Assembly: GCA_024704765.1 (NCBI GenBank)
Contig: JAKMXF010000288.1
Span: 62,001-126,000, forward strand
Direction of reading: 5' to 3'
Origin: Oopsacas minuta
Taxonomy: Eukaryota > Animalia > Porifera
DNA: 64,000 nt
The notes beneath the pieces are model-generated. The model made no database searches. It worked only from the letters and a program-made list of their open reading frames with translations, and had not been told where the DNA came from. Below are positions 1-13,700 of the stretch, piece by piece (the first letter of the stretch is position 1; every line of letters begins with the position of its first letter). Made by a program: the position numbers and the translations under genes.

Positions 1-1810
1 GTGCTTCAGTACATAGCCATGGGTTTATTCATTGTTATGTAATATAATATTATATTTCTTGTGATGGAGGTACTCTCTCTTCTCGTGATTTAGATATTGC
101 AAAAATGGTATTACATAATACTGATATTAGTAAGGTAATCTCGTGATTTGAGATAAACTACAACTTGCTAGAGCATTCTAATTAATATATTTCTCATTTG
201 AGAGAACTAACACCCAATTATAAGGATTTTATTTAAGTCACTAGAGATGGTTTAATGGCTTAATGGCTTAATGGCTTGTGGTTACTATCAGACCTCTTTT
301 ACACAATTTGCAGCTAAATTATATTCATAATTAAGACCGCCATATATGATGCATTTTTTTGCATGCTTCAAAAGTCCATCGTGTATATGTTGGATTTTCC
401 ATGCGAATTATTCGATAATCGATACAATTCCAAAACCTGAAGATGGTGCAGAGTTGAATAAAACAGCATAAGCTGCAGAGCTTCAAATGCTAATGGGGTT
501 AGCACTAATTGCTGCGTATTTATGAGAGCAGTAAGATCTCCACATTAAAAAATAGAGGCCGTTAAACCTATCTTTGAATATCAATTTGTATGTATAATGA
601 ATTATTCGCATTTAATGCAAATGTCAGAATTTATCACGGTTGCTGTGGAAACGGAATTTCAATTCCCATCCCCATCCTATTCCCACCGGAAATGTATGGG
701 AATGCCCACTGTTCCCTTTCCCACGGCAACCCTGGAATTTATTCACCCTCATGTTACGTGATATTATAAACAATATCTCCCTCGGACAACAAAGGATTAC
801 CCTTTTCCCCTATATACTTACTCTTGTCAGTTATCTTGTAAATTCGTCAAAAAGTGTGACTACAATAACGGTAAATTGGTGAGTATAACTTCCTGGGATT
901 ATACTTGCATAACGTTTGGACAGTGCAATAGTTCACCGCACTTCCATTAGATTAGATTGATACACAATTTAATTCAATTTTACGCGTCTAAGGTTATAAG
1001 TGTATTGCTTTCTACTGTACCGAGTATACTATTGTATTATAGTGCCTTTATTGTTGTTTATTATATATGAATATAAAGTAAACAAATAATTGAAATTTCC
1101 TAGAGACTTGCATTAATCGGATATTAGGGGTAATGGTGTGAATCTGGTGGCTTAAGGGAAAATTACGTCGGAACAGACGTTGATTTGAGATTTGTAAGTT
1201 ATATTATACTACGAGTATTTGAGTAGAGTTTTCTACTCTCTCTGCTGGAATAAATCCATAGTATTACATCTATTCTCAGGAATTTTAAATTGAGATTTAT
1301 GATAACCATCCAGTCCAGCAAGTTTCTTGAGGCAGCCGGCAGTCTCATTGATGCCAACCTGGCATCTCACCAATCCGTGGGATCCTTTTAAAATTTGTTA
1401 GTCTTACTGTTAGAACCGCGGTAATAACCCGTCAGAGTTGGTATCTCTGGAGACATTCGCGTTATACCCTTACGTTTTCCTTAATTGTAGGGACTGTTCC
1501 GTAAACATAGATGAAGGAATAATTGTTGGGAGGACTATTTACCATAAATAAATGTGAAAGTCACTAATGCTCTTCTAGTATTCTTGTACATATTTTTTTG
1601 GACATAATATGAATGCTTACTTATGTTTGTCCAACGAAAATCAGGAGAACATATCCATTTTATGTCACGTCTTGACGGGACTATAACCCAATAACCCTTC
1701 GAAAGGGCGGGCGTCCGTGGCTTTGGAACTATTTATTTGTACTACTTTGCTCAGCTAGTTACAGAGTTTGAATTAACGAGTCTATTGATCAGTTAGATTA
1801 GCTCGTAGTA

Positions 1811-3379
1811 ATGGGTAAGAGGAACGGTATGATACCAAATGGACATTTCCATAAAGACTGGCAGTCACGAATCCGCACGTGGTTCAATCAGCCGGGGAGG
1901 AAAGACCGGAGACGAAAGACACGTCAAAAGAGAGCTCTGCGTATAGCTCCCAGACCTGTATCCGGTGTGTTTCGCCCTACAGTACATTGTCAGACAGTGA
2001 AGTACAACCACAGACTCAGACTAGGAAGAGGCTTCACTCTAGATGAACTCAAAGCAGCAGGCATTTCTAAGAAGTTTGCACCTACGATAGGTATATCTGT
2101 AGACCATAGACGAAAGAACAGATCGCTAGAATGTCTACAGAGGAATGTTCAGGTGAGGAAATAGTGTATGGTATTTATTTCACTTTTGAGTTGGGACGTA
2201 CGGCCACGTACCCAAAGGGTAGGCAGGGCATGGCATGCATACCAACCGTCACGTTTTTTAGGCAAAATTTAGGGATTTGTCGGGCGTCCCTCTTTTCGCG
2301 AGAACAAAACGAGAGACATTACGTCTCAAATATTTCTACTAGTAGTTATTTACTCTTGAATTATGGTTACTCGTATTTTTCTGATCTAACATAATCATTT
2401 CAATTACAGATGACTCACGTAGTTCATGGCATTGGTGAGTTTCTCCAAATTAAATCTATATGCTAGAGATTTTGATTCAACACAAAGGGACCCCAGAGCT
2501 TATTTTGTTAATTTAAGATATCTACGAATATTTCATATGATTAATCATACATTTACACTGACAACTTATGTATCCATGGTGTGTAAATCTGATTTATTTT
2601 CATATATACTATTTCTACGTGATTCATCATATGATTAATTATGTGTACGTACATAGTTCAAATGATAATGTTTATAGAGCCAATTGGCTGGTTTTATTAG
2701 GTAGAAATACGGCATATGGAATTGTGGATTTTGTAAATTGGAGTACAGCAGACTCAGCTTAATAGGGTCACATCTGGACTAGGCCATTTTGACCCGATTA
2801 AGCTGAATACAATAACTCTTTTTGTATGATTCTATTTCTGACCAAATACCCCGATTAAACAGAGCCTACTGTACTTGACTACATATTTCTTGACTTAACA
2901 TCGCCACATCATTTGATAAATTAGTACAAAAGGAGTCTGAAGCTCCCTCCTCGAAAGAAATTTGGACAATTTTCAGTGATTTTTCTCAAAGTAAATATTT
3001 TTCCAGCTCGAGTGCGGGATAATCGAGAGTTTACTGTACTTGTTATTTTATTTTCCATTTATTCCAGCGATTGAAGGAATATCAAGGTCGAATGATATTG
3101 TTCCCAGTGAACAAGAAGAAGCCCAAACCAGGAGATAGCAGTCAGAAGGAATGTGACACTGCTCTACAGCTCAAAACAAAACGACTCCTCCCTCTAAAGA
3201 AAACGCTACACAGAGAAAAACCACGAAAAATCCCGAAAAGTCTAAAGCGAGTCCATGTGTTTGGAGTGCTCCGACAGGCTAAAATGGAAAAGAAAAATGT
3301 AGGGAGGGAAGCTAGAGAGGCAGCTAGAGCTGAGAAGGGATTAGCACAGAAGGGTAAGGGCAAAGGAAAGAAGAAATGA
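1811..3379 (+). CDS. RPL13: 60S ribosomal protein L13 (eL13); exons 1811-2152, 3068-3379; 217 aa
   Basis: N-terminus [31 protein letters not shown] and [13 protein letters not shown] are typical eL13. Phase-0 intron CAG|GTGAGG ... TTCCAG|CGA joins NVQ to RLKEY. Confidence 0.97.
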
Positions 3380-4957
3380 TTATTCTATACAGATTGTTGC
3401 TTAGGATTTGTAGTAGAATTGTTGAGTTAGTTTAGTATTAATTATTATCTGTCGAGTTATGCAATTTTGTGTAATTTAATTAGTGAATTGAATATTAGGG
3501 AAATCTGTAAATTCTAATGAAAGGTCTGTCACGAATATTTTAGTGATTTTTGTTCTGTAAAACACTGAATTATTTGGTTTGGTTTTTAGTTTGACCTCCT
3601 CCCCATGATATGGAAAATTGTATATAGCTATACTAAATGTTACTAAAAGAGACAAATTCGGACTTGTAATTGAATATATATTGTAAATCAAAACTGCCAC
3701 TACGAGCCTGTTGTGGAACTCCTGTATATCAAAGGATGCACCATTAACTTGGCAAATGAATTCAATTATTTTGGCAACCGGACAGAAAATTCTATTCTTT
3801 TGGCAAACAAAGGAATTAATTTGGGAAATGTTTAAAATTATAGGCCCTATATATTGGTATCATTTCAACATTTCCCTTTATAGAGTGTGGAGTCATATAC
3901 TCAGACACATCAGGTACTTCACTACATCCACATATCCGTCCTCAGGCGTTGCGCCTTCTCAGCTATAATCCAGCTATAATTGAATTTTCAGTTCGGTTGC
4001 CAAAATCATTGAATTCAGTTGGCTAGATAATATTACATTCGTATACCAAATTTCCCTCTTTTGACATTGGTTGAGTTGGGTGGGAGTATTATTACAGTTT
4101 AGAATCGTCTGTGACAGAATCTCTCCAATTCTCTAGTCAGAACTTCATTATCTACACACAACTTCTCTAATTCTTTAGATTGACATCTTGTATTTGTAGA
4201 TGCAAAATAGTTAAGTAATTCCTTAATTATCTTTGTGTTCACATGTTAAACACAAGTTCCAATCCATATACTAGCTAGATATAAATCATTTACAAGTCCG
4301 AATTTGTCTGTTTTAGTACCATTTAGTGTAGCCAGCGGCGTATCCAGAGGGGGATTTAGGTGTTCAAACAACCCCTCATAACTAGTTTCCAAAAGGGATG
4401 TGTTGTTATTTATAATTCGATTTTCCTTAATAAGCGCATAGCTTTTGGAATCTTATTTACAGAATGCTATCCAATTTTCACAATTATTTTTCAACGAGTT
4501 TACCAGGCGATATCCCAGAAGACTCCAGATAACTAATGTATTAGCAGAGTAGGGTTTGGGGAGGAGATCAAACTAAAAAGCAAACCAAATACTTCAGTGT
4601 TATACGGACAAAAATCACTAAAATATTTAGCCCGGCAGTATCGATTACTAGTGCCATTCAAACAAATTGAATTATTTGGAAAAGCTGTCGGCACAGGGAA
4701 ATTTGGATATTTAGATCAGAATTCATTGAAAGTAATAACACTGATATACAAATTGTACAGTTTTTGATGATTAAATAAAAATAGCTGGAATTGAACAATT
4801 TGACGGAATGTTTATGAATGAGTTAAGTATGTATTCATAACAGGTCTAGAATTTGTAATTTTCTGGTTGGAAGATTGCACCAATATGCGATTAAATATAT
4901 GAAATTAAACGTCGGTCATGTTTATTACCTACTAAATCATACTAATATTAACTATCA

Positions 4958-5390
4958 CTAGCACGCTACGCGGATTCTAACACTTCGTGTCCGTACTCAG
5001 CCTTCGGCCCTCGCTTTTACTATTAGTTTGTGTGATATTCGGAATCAGCGTACCCGATTACCCCACAATAACCGTTGAAACCATATTTCTAGGATAATTT
5101 TGAAATTTGTTTACTTTTTGTTTACTTTATATTCATATAAACAACTTAAATTTGTATATGACAAATCCATAAGTGTGATTCGGATTCAGCATATTCGCTA
5201 ACTTTTAGTCAAGTTTTATGAAATTTGTATATTTTCCTGATTAACACCATAGATATAAAGATATATAGATATATAGATATATAGATATATAGATATATAG
5301 ATATATAGATATATAGATTTTTGTAAATACGAATTCCACATTCCATTTCAGCTTCCTTAGCAACGGACAAACGGACAGACAAACAGATAG
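4958..5390 (-). mobile_element. Non-autonomous Helitron-like/composite repeat
   Basis: The minus strand ends in a hairpin followed by CTAG|T at 4958. It contains an ACGGACAAACGGACAGAC microsatellite and an (ATATAGAT)n tract. Its core (about 5040-5250) is homologous to about 8985-9190. The Helitron label is inference. Confidence 0.5.
5249..5328. repeat. (ATATAGAT)n-type microsatellite
   Basis: Directly visible tandem repeat. Confidence 0.9.
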
Positions 5391-5408
5391 CAGTGACAAT
5401 GATAGTAT

Positions 5409-5856
5409 CTCCACTACTATCATTGTCACTGCTAATGTCCAATATTTCCAATGGAACTGGTACAGGTAGGTCCTCTGAATGTGGAACTGGCCTAATGGCG
5501 GACGGTACATCTGGGTACGCAATACTGGATTTATTCTTTCGGGTGATACCATCAATTTTCGTCATACAGAAATATCAATCCGAAAGATGACACATTGGTT
5601 CTCTCCATATCATTGGAACCGCAAACAGCATTTTCTTTCTCTTCCCAGCATACCACAAGCGTAAGTTCTCAACGCATGTCTTACAGGCATTGTGTGGGGC
5701 CCACGGCTTATCTTAATCCCCAAGATGGCATCCAAAATATGCGAAATAACAGCGTTCTACAGCCTTTGTGATATTTTGCCGTTGGTCAGTTGTAGTATAC
5801 CTCCCACAAATATAACAAAACTTTTCAGGAGAATTTTTACAAACTAGAGAAGCCAT
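5409..5856 (-). pseudogene. Decayed DNA transposase N-terminus (Cys/His zinc-finger region), probably Chapaev3/CMC type
   Basis: One frame from ATG 5856 reads MASLVCKNSPEKFCYICG...GD*DKPWAPHNACKTC...FAVPMIWREPMCHLSD*YFC...YPDVPSAIRPVPH, with two in-frame stops, and is truncated after about 150 codons. Family assignment is from remembered motifs, not a search. Confidence 0.65.
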
Positions 5857-6264
5857 AAACAATAAAATAAACAAAATAAACTAAATGTCGAGTGCAATAA
5901 AACAGATTATAACTACTATTAGAGGCAATTTACATCATATAAGCTATTAAAACCAAATAAATTGTATAAGTGTGATGTGTAGAATTGAATTTAGAAATAT
6001 TTGACCATGTGGTCAATTAAAAGACCGAAATAACTAAAATAGAAATTTCTTACTTTTAGTACCCTTGAGAATGAAAAAAATACATCATTATTCCCAATAT
6101 ATATCTACACTAAGCAAAGATAATGGAAAGAAGATCATCAAGGATGTTGTATATCAGTGTAATTATTACAGAACCATCCTGTTTGTAACCAATTCAATGT
6201 TAAGTTTATATTTGATATTTCCTAATATTTATTGTATTTTCAGATTATTTTCGCGATTTCTATA

Positions 6265-7512
6265 ATGGTTAGTGTTAGCACCGTTCAATTTGATGAGAGT
6301 TTTCCCTCTCAGGTAGAGAGAGTCCGCAGAGAAATCACCGAGAGATTCATTAGGGCACACAAGGTTCTGCAAGATAGAGAGAGAGACCTCTTAGCAGAAT
6401 TACAACACTTATTAGATGATTATCCTGGAGAGGGAATAGAGGAGGAAAAGAAACAAATGGTGGCCTCCAAAGAACTGTTGTCTGCTCTAAAAGAGAACAC
6501 GAGGAAAGATGTTCTAGATCAGAGTGTAGCTCTCATGGATGAAAGAATTAAAGAGTTGGAGAGCAAACTCGAGAGAGTTCGTCTTACCTATAAAAACGTG
6601 GGTTTGGAATGGGATGAGTTGCTAGAGAAGAAACTTGGAGAAACTGGTAGATTACGACTTAATCCCAGGAAGAACAAGACACCAAACTACAAGAATGTGT
6701 CTCAACCTGTAGAGGTGTTTGGGAGACATAGTACAAAGGACAAATCATCTGGTGTGTTTTGTTATCCTGCTCGCATAGCTATAGATCCTGTAACTAACTA
6801 TATCTACATATGTGATAATGGATGGGATAGAGTACAGGTATTCAATAGTTTTTATGATTTTGTATTCTTATTCGATCACAAGATGGGTGGTCCAGCTGGT
6901 ATATGTATAGCACAGGACAAAGTATATGTAACACAGTATTGTAGCTGTTGTATGAACGTATATTCTATGAGAGGGCAATTATTGCATTCTGTCGGTGGTA
7001 AAGGAAAGAATGAATTAGAATTTGACTGTCCATCAGGCATAAATATCTCTATTGATAAGAATAGTATTTATATTGCAGAGTTACATAATAACAGAGTTCA
7101 ATGCTTGAACTTGAATCTGTCATTTAATTCTTTCATTCCTGATATTTATGGAGCTAGAGATGTTAAGCTAACCTCTACTGAGGTTGTTGTCCTGTGTATT
7201 AGTGATCCTTGCTTGATTATTTATAATTATGCTCACCAATCAATTCGTCATATGATGATTACTAAAGGAGAAGGGAAACTAGTAATACATCCAGTCTGTT
7301 TATTCGTGGATGAATCTGGTAATATTCTTATTACTGACTTTGAGGCTCATTGTGTATGTGTGTTTTCACATGAAGGGGAATTAATACACAAGATAGGAAA
7401 GGAAGGACAACAGAGAGGAGAGTTTATCCAACCCGCAGGAATATGTATAAACCAGGAAGGGAGGCTTCTAGTATCATCTGAGAATCCTAATCATGCTATA
7501 CAGATATTCTAA
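6265..7512 (+). CDS. Coiled-coil + NHL-repeat beta-propeller protein (TRIM-NHL-like, no RING/B-box), copy A; intronless; 415 aa
   Basis: N-terminal coiled coil, then NHL repeats (FCYPARIAID, GGKGKNELEFDCPSGI, GKEGQQRGEFIQPAGI). The first ATG after the acceptor at 6243 is 6265. Confidence 0.9.
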   Translation: MVSVSTVQFDESFPSQVERVRREITERFIRAHKVLQDRERDLLAELQHLLDDYPGEGIEEEKKQMVASKELLSALKENTRKDVLDQSVALMDERIKELESKLERVRLTYKNVGLEWDELLEKKLGETGRLRLNPRKNKTPNYKNVSQPVEVFGRHSTKDKSSGVFCYPARIAIDPVTNYIYICDNGWDRVQVFNSFYDFVFLFDHKMGGPAGICIAQDKVYVTQYCSCCMNVYSMRGQLLHSVGGKGKNELEFDCPSGINISIDKNSIYIAELHNNRVQCLNLNLSFNSFIPDIYGARDVKLTSTEVVVLCISDPCLIIYNYAHQSIRHMMITKGEGKLVIHPVCLFVDESGNILITDFEAHCVCVFSHEGELIHKIGKEGQQRGEFIQPAGICINQEGRLLVSSENPNHAIQIF

Positions 7513-7709
7513 TTTAATCATTTCCCTTGAACTTTTCTCGTTTTTTGCTACTTTTTAGTATCTTTACTATTGTCTATTCCTTTAATAGTAATATTAGTGC
7601 TATTTTCTTTTATTCTATATTCTTGCTAATTACGTCATTTGATAGTTTAATTATTTAATTTTTTTGTTATTAGCTTTATAACTCAAATATTTCATAAACA
7701 TTACTTAGT

Positions 7710-10700
7710 ATGACAGATAAATCTATTTTAGTAACACAGCTTCAACAATCTCATTCTACAGGTATTTAATATATTTATATTATAAGTAGGAATATAGGAA
7801 TAGGACAGCTAATAGTGGCGGTTACAAGGGGTGGGGGCGAAATCTCAATATTTAGATGATTGAATATACAAAGACCCATGTGTTACAGTGGAACCTCTAT
7901 AATTCTAAGCGGGCAATTTTCTTCCACCTCAAAATCTCAGCGTAAGGATTTTTCCATTTGAAATACTACATTGGGAGTTATCTGTAGATCTGCTGACCAA
8001 ATCTCCTTCAATTATAGAGGTTGTATTGTATGACAAATTTCTTGTTATTCGCAGCTAAGGAATATTTTTAGCGAAGTAGAAACATAAAAATTTTGGATAT
8101 TCGCCTACCTCACCGTGACACTAATTTACTGATTTCTGCTCAAATTTGAGGAGACGAGCGTGTTGTGAATAACTTGAAAATCCGCAAGTTCCAAGAAATG
8201 ACCGTCACACCATTCATTCGGATATGATAATTCACTATTTATCATATATAGAAGCTTTTGCTAAGATTATTTCCCTGTATAGAATCGGTCAATCCAGATA
8301 TTGAGAGACTACAATCTACTCAGGCTTCTAGATTACAGGAAATACAGTTTATAGAAGATGAAAAGAAAAGAATTCAATCTAAAATAGAAGCTATTGCATT
8401 AGGACAGCAAGAACAGAATAATACAATTATACACGATAACACATCTTATGTTAGTATTGTAACAATTCTTATAATTGAAAAATCCGTTTATTAGCAATTA
8501 TTGAATTGTAAATGGATTGCATAAATCCAAATTCAAGTAAATCCATGCAAAATACGATTAGTCAATAGACAAACCCATTTGTACTTGATTCTCTTATCGC
8601 TATTTATTTGATTGTATATTTAGAAAAAGCAGAAAAAACGACGGAAGAAGAAACGAGTTAAAGGAGAAGAAACAAAACAATTTAAACCAGAAGTCCCTGA
8701 AGTAGATATTGAGTATGTTTAATACGAATTTTCCTAATAATACGAACAAATATTTACACAATATTGTTTGTTGAAATGGGCAATTTGGGTGTCAGAATTC
8801 ACAGCAATAAATACGTTTACAATAATGATTTTCCTAAAAATTTTATCTTTCGTACTCAGTTGCTAATATATGTTACGGCCCTTTGGCTCTCGCTTTGCGA
8901 TGAACTCGGCGCATTGCGCCTCGAGGTATTTAACGGACAAACAACAATTGAGATTTAATAATTTTGATGTTGTTTACAATATTTGGACTCAGCATACTCG
9001 ATTACCCTAGGATATTCGTTGAAAGTATGATTCTACCTCAATTTTGAGATTTGTTTACTTTATATTCATAAAAACAACAATAAATTTACATATGATTAAT
9101 CCAAAAGTGTGAAAATCGGATTCAGTATATTCGATATATTTAGTGAAGTTTTATTGAATTCTATTTACTTCCTTGAAAAACACGATAAATACATAGTTAT
9201 GCGACAATTTCAAAATTGCATACCGTAAATCCTTACTTTGACAACGGACAAACAAACAACAACAATTGAGATTTAATAATATAGATTGAATTTCTTTCCT
9301 TTTAGATATATTTCTGAACCGATCCTAACTCCAAGAGATCCTCTATTCTACACTTACCACAAAATATTTCAACATTTCAAAGCAAGTTATAATATCCGCT
9401 ATCGTAAAGCCTATTTTTCCAGTATTTAAAACATAATCAGTTTGGTCGCTGTTAGTGGAAACATGTTTCAGCTCCACCGCCTCTGATTTTGCTATCACAT
9501 GAATACTGTAATTATTGTATTTTGAAACATTTCAGAAATCTTACTTTATAATTCATCCATTTTTATAACTATCTTGTTCTCGTTGCAAACATGTAAATAT
9601 AATTCCATAAAATATAGCTCCCAGATCCTCGCATACAAGAGACAGCTATTCCTGTACCAGAAGTTAAGAAGCACGAGGTAAGTATTTTCTGTTGTATATT
9701 CTAAATACAGCAGAACTTCGTTAATATGAACGAATATTTACACAAAAAAGGTCCCTACCATTGTTTTCAATTGATATTGCTTCGGATAAGAAGTACTAAT
9801 TTCGAAGGTCCACTCGTATACGTATCAACGAGATTCTACTGTATTTACTGAACAATTAATCTAATCTAGATTGCTAGAGATGTAATGATAGAGGAAGATT
9901 CTGATGAAGATAGAGAGGTGAGTTTATTGCTAGTTTATTATAAATATATTACAATCTGAGCTAACATGATTTGTCATAATTTTAAATGTTCATATTTAGT
10001 CACCTCCTATCATATCGAAATCTAAATTAGACAAAATAGCTCCCAAAGTTTCATCGCTTTTACTTGTAATCCGCTTATATCAAAGGAATTATCACGTTTC
10101 CTTCGAAAAAGGAAATTTGACTGAAAATTGATACAAAGTCTATTGACTAACATTGATATTACGTAATACGTGCTATAGTAAGCTCTTTTAATAACAAAGT
10201 GCTCAGGACTCCGGTTTAATTTTGTTGTAAGCGGAGTAATACCAATTACTTTCAAGCTATAAGGGGAAAGAATCACTTCGTTATTGCGGGAATTTCGTAA
10301 TATCCGTTGGTTATAACGTGTAGTTTACTGTATATGGCATGGTTGGAAGGGATTTCCCTTGTTTTCTTGGGCAAACTATTTTGTATATTTCATAATGGTC
10401 TTCTCTACTTATTTATTGTATTTCATTATTTAGGGGGAAAAGCCCAAACTGTCTAAGAAGAAGATCCGTAAGATGAACAGACTTACTGTAGCTGAATTGA
10501 AACAGCTGGTAGATAGACCAGATGTTGTTGAGATGCATGACGTCACTGCACAGGACCCCAGACTACTCGTGTACTTAAAGGTACATATAAACAGCATGAA
10601 AATTATTTTGTAATTTCAATGAATTGGTGAGCTTAGGTTTACTGTCAAATTAACCTACTCTATAGTCTTATAGGAATACTGTTCCTGTACCAAGACATTG

Positions 10701-13700
10701 GTGTTTTAAGAGGAAATATTTACAGGTATTTGACTAATAGCTATAATATATACTCAATTCCTGTTATATCGAAGAGAAATAAACTGTGGATTATATTTGA
10801 CGGTTTTGGATCATTTTTGTCCAATTTCAGACTTCAATATAAACCAGGGCTGTCTTGGGAATTAAATTTTGATTCCCATCTCCACAGGAATTCCCTCATA
10901 GGAAAAATACTATTCCCAATCCCACGGCACCCTGATAAAAACGGGTATTCGCTATAATTGGAGTTAACCGTATTGTCTAAGTGTATAATAAAGAGTTATA
11001 CTGTTATAGGTAAATTTCAATTAAATATTTTGTAGGGAAAAAGAGGAATAGAGAAGCCACCATTTAATCTACCAGCGTTTATCAAGGTAACTCATACAGC
11101 CATGGCAACTACTTACAAACAACCTGCTTACGGTTGCCTCTGTATAACGTTCATAGTTGGCTAGTGGCCACTTTAATGCTGTCATTAAATTCTTAGATTA
11201 ATTCTCTACGTTTACTAGGCAACAGGAATTCAAGAAATGAGACAAGTTTTGCAAGAAAAAGTGAGTATTCGACTATTCAATTACTAGAAAATGAGTATTG
11301 CTATATATGTCTGTTACCACATTATTAGGATGATATTAAATCTCTAAAAAGTAAAGCGAGAGAGAAAGTACGCCCCAAACTTGGTAAGATGACTATTGAG
11401 TATCAGAAACTACACGATGCATTTTTCAAGTAAGTTACCAATATTTATAACTGGTGCCAATACATTACAATTCACTTCATGTCACGTAGCTTTTAATATT
11501 TCTATTTTAGATGGCAGACTAAACCGTACATGACAATACACGGAGATTTGTATTATGAGGTAGTTTCATTCGTAATCTTATAAGTATAAATTTGGCTTTT
11601 GCGAATAACTTAACTTGACATGCCAAATTGGTCCAGTCCTACTATCTTTGAATTATCTATAACACTAGATATAACCAAAATTCCTTTTCCCTACACCCTA
11701 CATATCGTGCCAGTGTCTCTTTCCGCGTTTTGGAGTTGTTGAGTAAGTTTTTTATGGAACCTCAATTGTTGCTCTAGTGTTTTTAACAGCATTTATTTGT
11801 GTAAAAAATTTTTCATGGATTAGCGTCAAAGCTATCCGCACCCTTATACATGTCAGTATATATTTACACGTTTTTTGGGTTGTTAAGAAAGTTATTGGAT
11901 GGGTCAGCTCTATTCAAAAAATAGCCATGCCGGATCTATATTTTGACTAGGTGCCCTCGTTAAAATTTAGCCAGTATTACTGTTGTGTTTCAAGATTGCT
12001 GCTAGCCAAATCAAAAATGTAGCAACCTAAGTTGTTATAAGGAATGGATTATATATACACAGCCATGCCAATTTGTTGAATTGAATAAGATTATATTTCT
12101 GTTTAGGGAAAAGAATTTGAAACACAATTGAGAGAGAAGAAGCCAGGAGAATTAAGTGATGAACTGAGACAAGCATTGTCTATGCCTACCGGACATGTTA
12201 GTAATTTTATGGTATCGGTATCTAAATCCCTTACGGGGCCTACCCATGATAGTTATATCTCTACTACGTATCAGTAGTAGTGAGTATTATTTTATATTTC
12301 TATTCATTATACCAATCTTGATTAACACATATCTTTACAGGATAAACACAAATGTCCCCCTCCGTGGCTAATCGCTATGCAGAGATACGGACCTCCACCT
12401 GCTTATCCCAATCTGAAAATACCAGGTTTAAACGCACCGATACCAGAAGTATGTTATCTATTTCCATAATTATAAATTCCTTTACCCCTCCTGTATATTT
12501 ATATATCATTCAAATACACTTTATTTACCATCTTACCAAACAGTGAAAGTAATATAAATTCCATAAGATATATTAAACTCATACTTACCGACCCTTTCTA
12601 ACTTTTCCCGGGAATTTCAAATATTTCCCTGAATTTCTATTCAAATGTAAATAATATAAAATTAGCACCATTTTGTCAGAAAATTGCCAGAAATATCAAT
12701 TTTTTTCCTTGAGTATCATGTCAAATCTGGGATAATCTAGGGATGCCGGGGAGGTTGGCAAGTATGCGAACTCCGCTGATATCGAAGTAATTATCTCGGC
12801 CCCCTTGAGCTTCGGTATAACGGTAGTGACTGTATTTTATTAAGTTTTATTACTCTGATTCATTCATTAATGCTGCAAGAATTGGGATCGATATATCTAT
12901 CCTTAACCAAACTTTTTGCCACATTTGTTACACATAAGTTCTCCTAGGACAGGTTTCTCAACTTGTGGTCATATGACAAAACTTGGTCATTTTTCTATTA
13001 CAACCAAACCTGAACCCTAAGTCGAATTGGGTGTGATCATCTATCATGATACATACGTAATTTTAACAATCATAGCCTAGCCCATCAGAGTTTGAGGAAG
13101 CCTGTTCTTTAACATATATCATGTATATTATATAGGGCGCTTTATTCGGCTATCATCTAGGAGGATGGGGTAAGCCTCCAGTAGATGAGTACGGTAGAGC
13201 TCTGTATGGAGATGTGTTTGGTACACAGCAACAGAATATGTGTGTAAGTTCAATAATCTCCAATTTGTAATATATTACAGTGAGTATACTCTTGCATAGA
13301 GTAGAACTCGGATAAGACATCGGGAACCATATTAGTACGTATTAATAGTAATCCGAGTGTATGTGCGTCTTATACTAATAGGGGTTGTATCAAATTGATT
13401 AGAGACTAAATAATTGGTTTGAATAGGTACAGTCAGGGTCATAAGGGGCAACTAGAACCATTTGAGTTCCCACCTAGATTCTGCTCCACCATATACAAAA
13501 TGTAGAGGGCGGTTGGCGGGTGGGCAACACCTCATCTCCGCACCCCCTAACTCAGAAGCCTAGTTACACCAGTGGCTGGTTCGCTTATTGTGAACCAAAA
13601 TCTTGTTCATAATAAAGAGAATTCATGTTAAGGAAAATTATATATAGGACCTTAGCGTGCTAGAGTGTAATTCCGCTCTAGGACACTATATTTAGTGTAT

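Noticed and set aside
1-1700. Possible divergent gene upstream of RPL13, including ORF 640-882
   Set aside because: Candidate exon fragments could not be joined into a frame; 630-735 looks like a hAT MITE remnant.
2153-3067. Intronic snoRNA in RPL13 (vertebrate RPL13 hosts one)
   Set aside because: Partial hairpins and CTGA boxes exist, but no complete C/D or H/ACA set could be assembled by eye; snoscan or Infernal would be needed.
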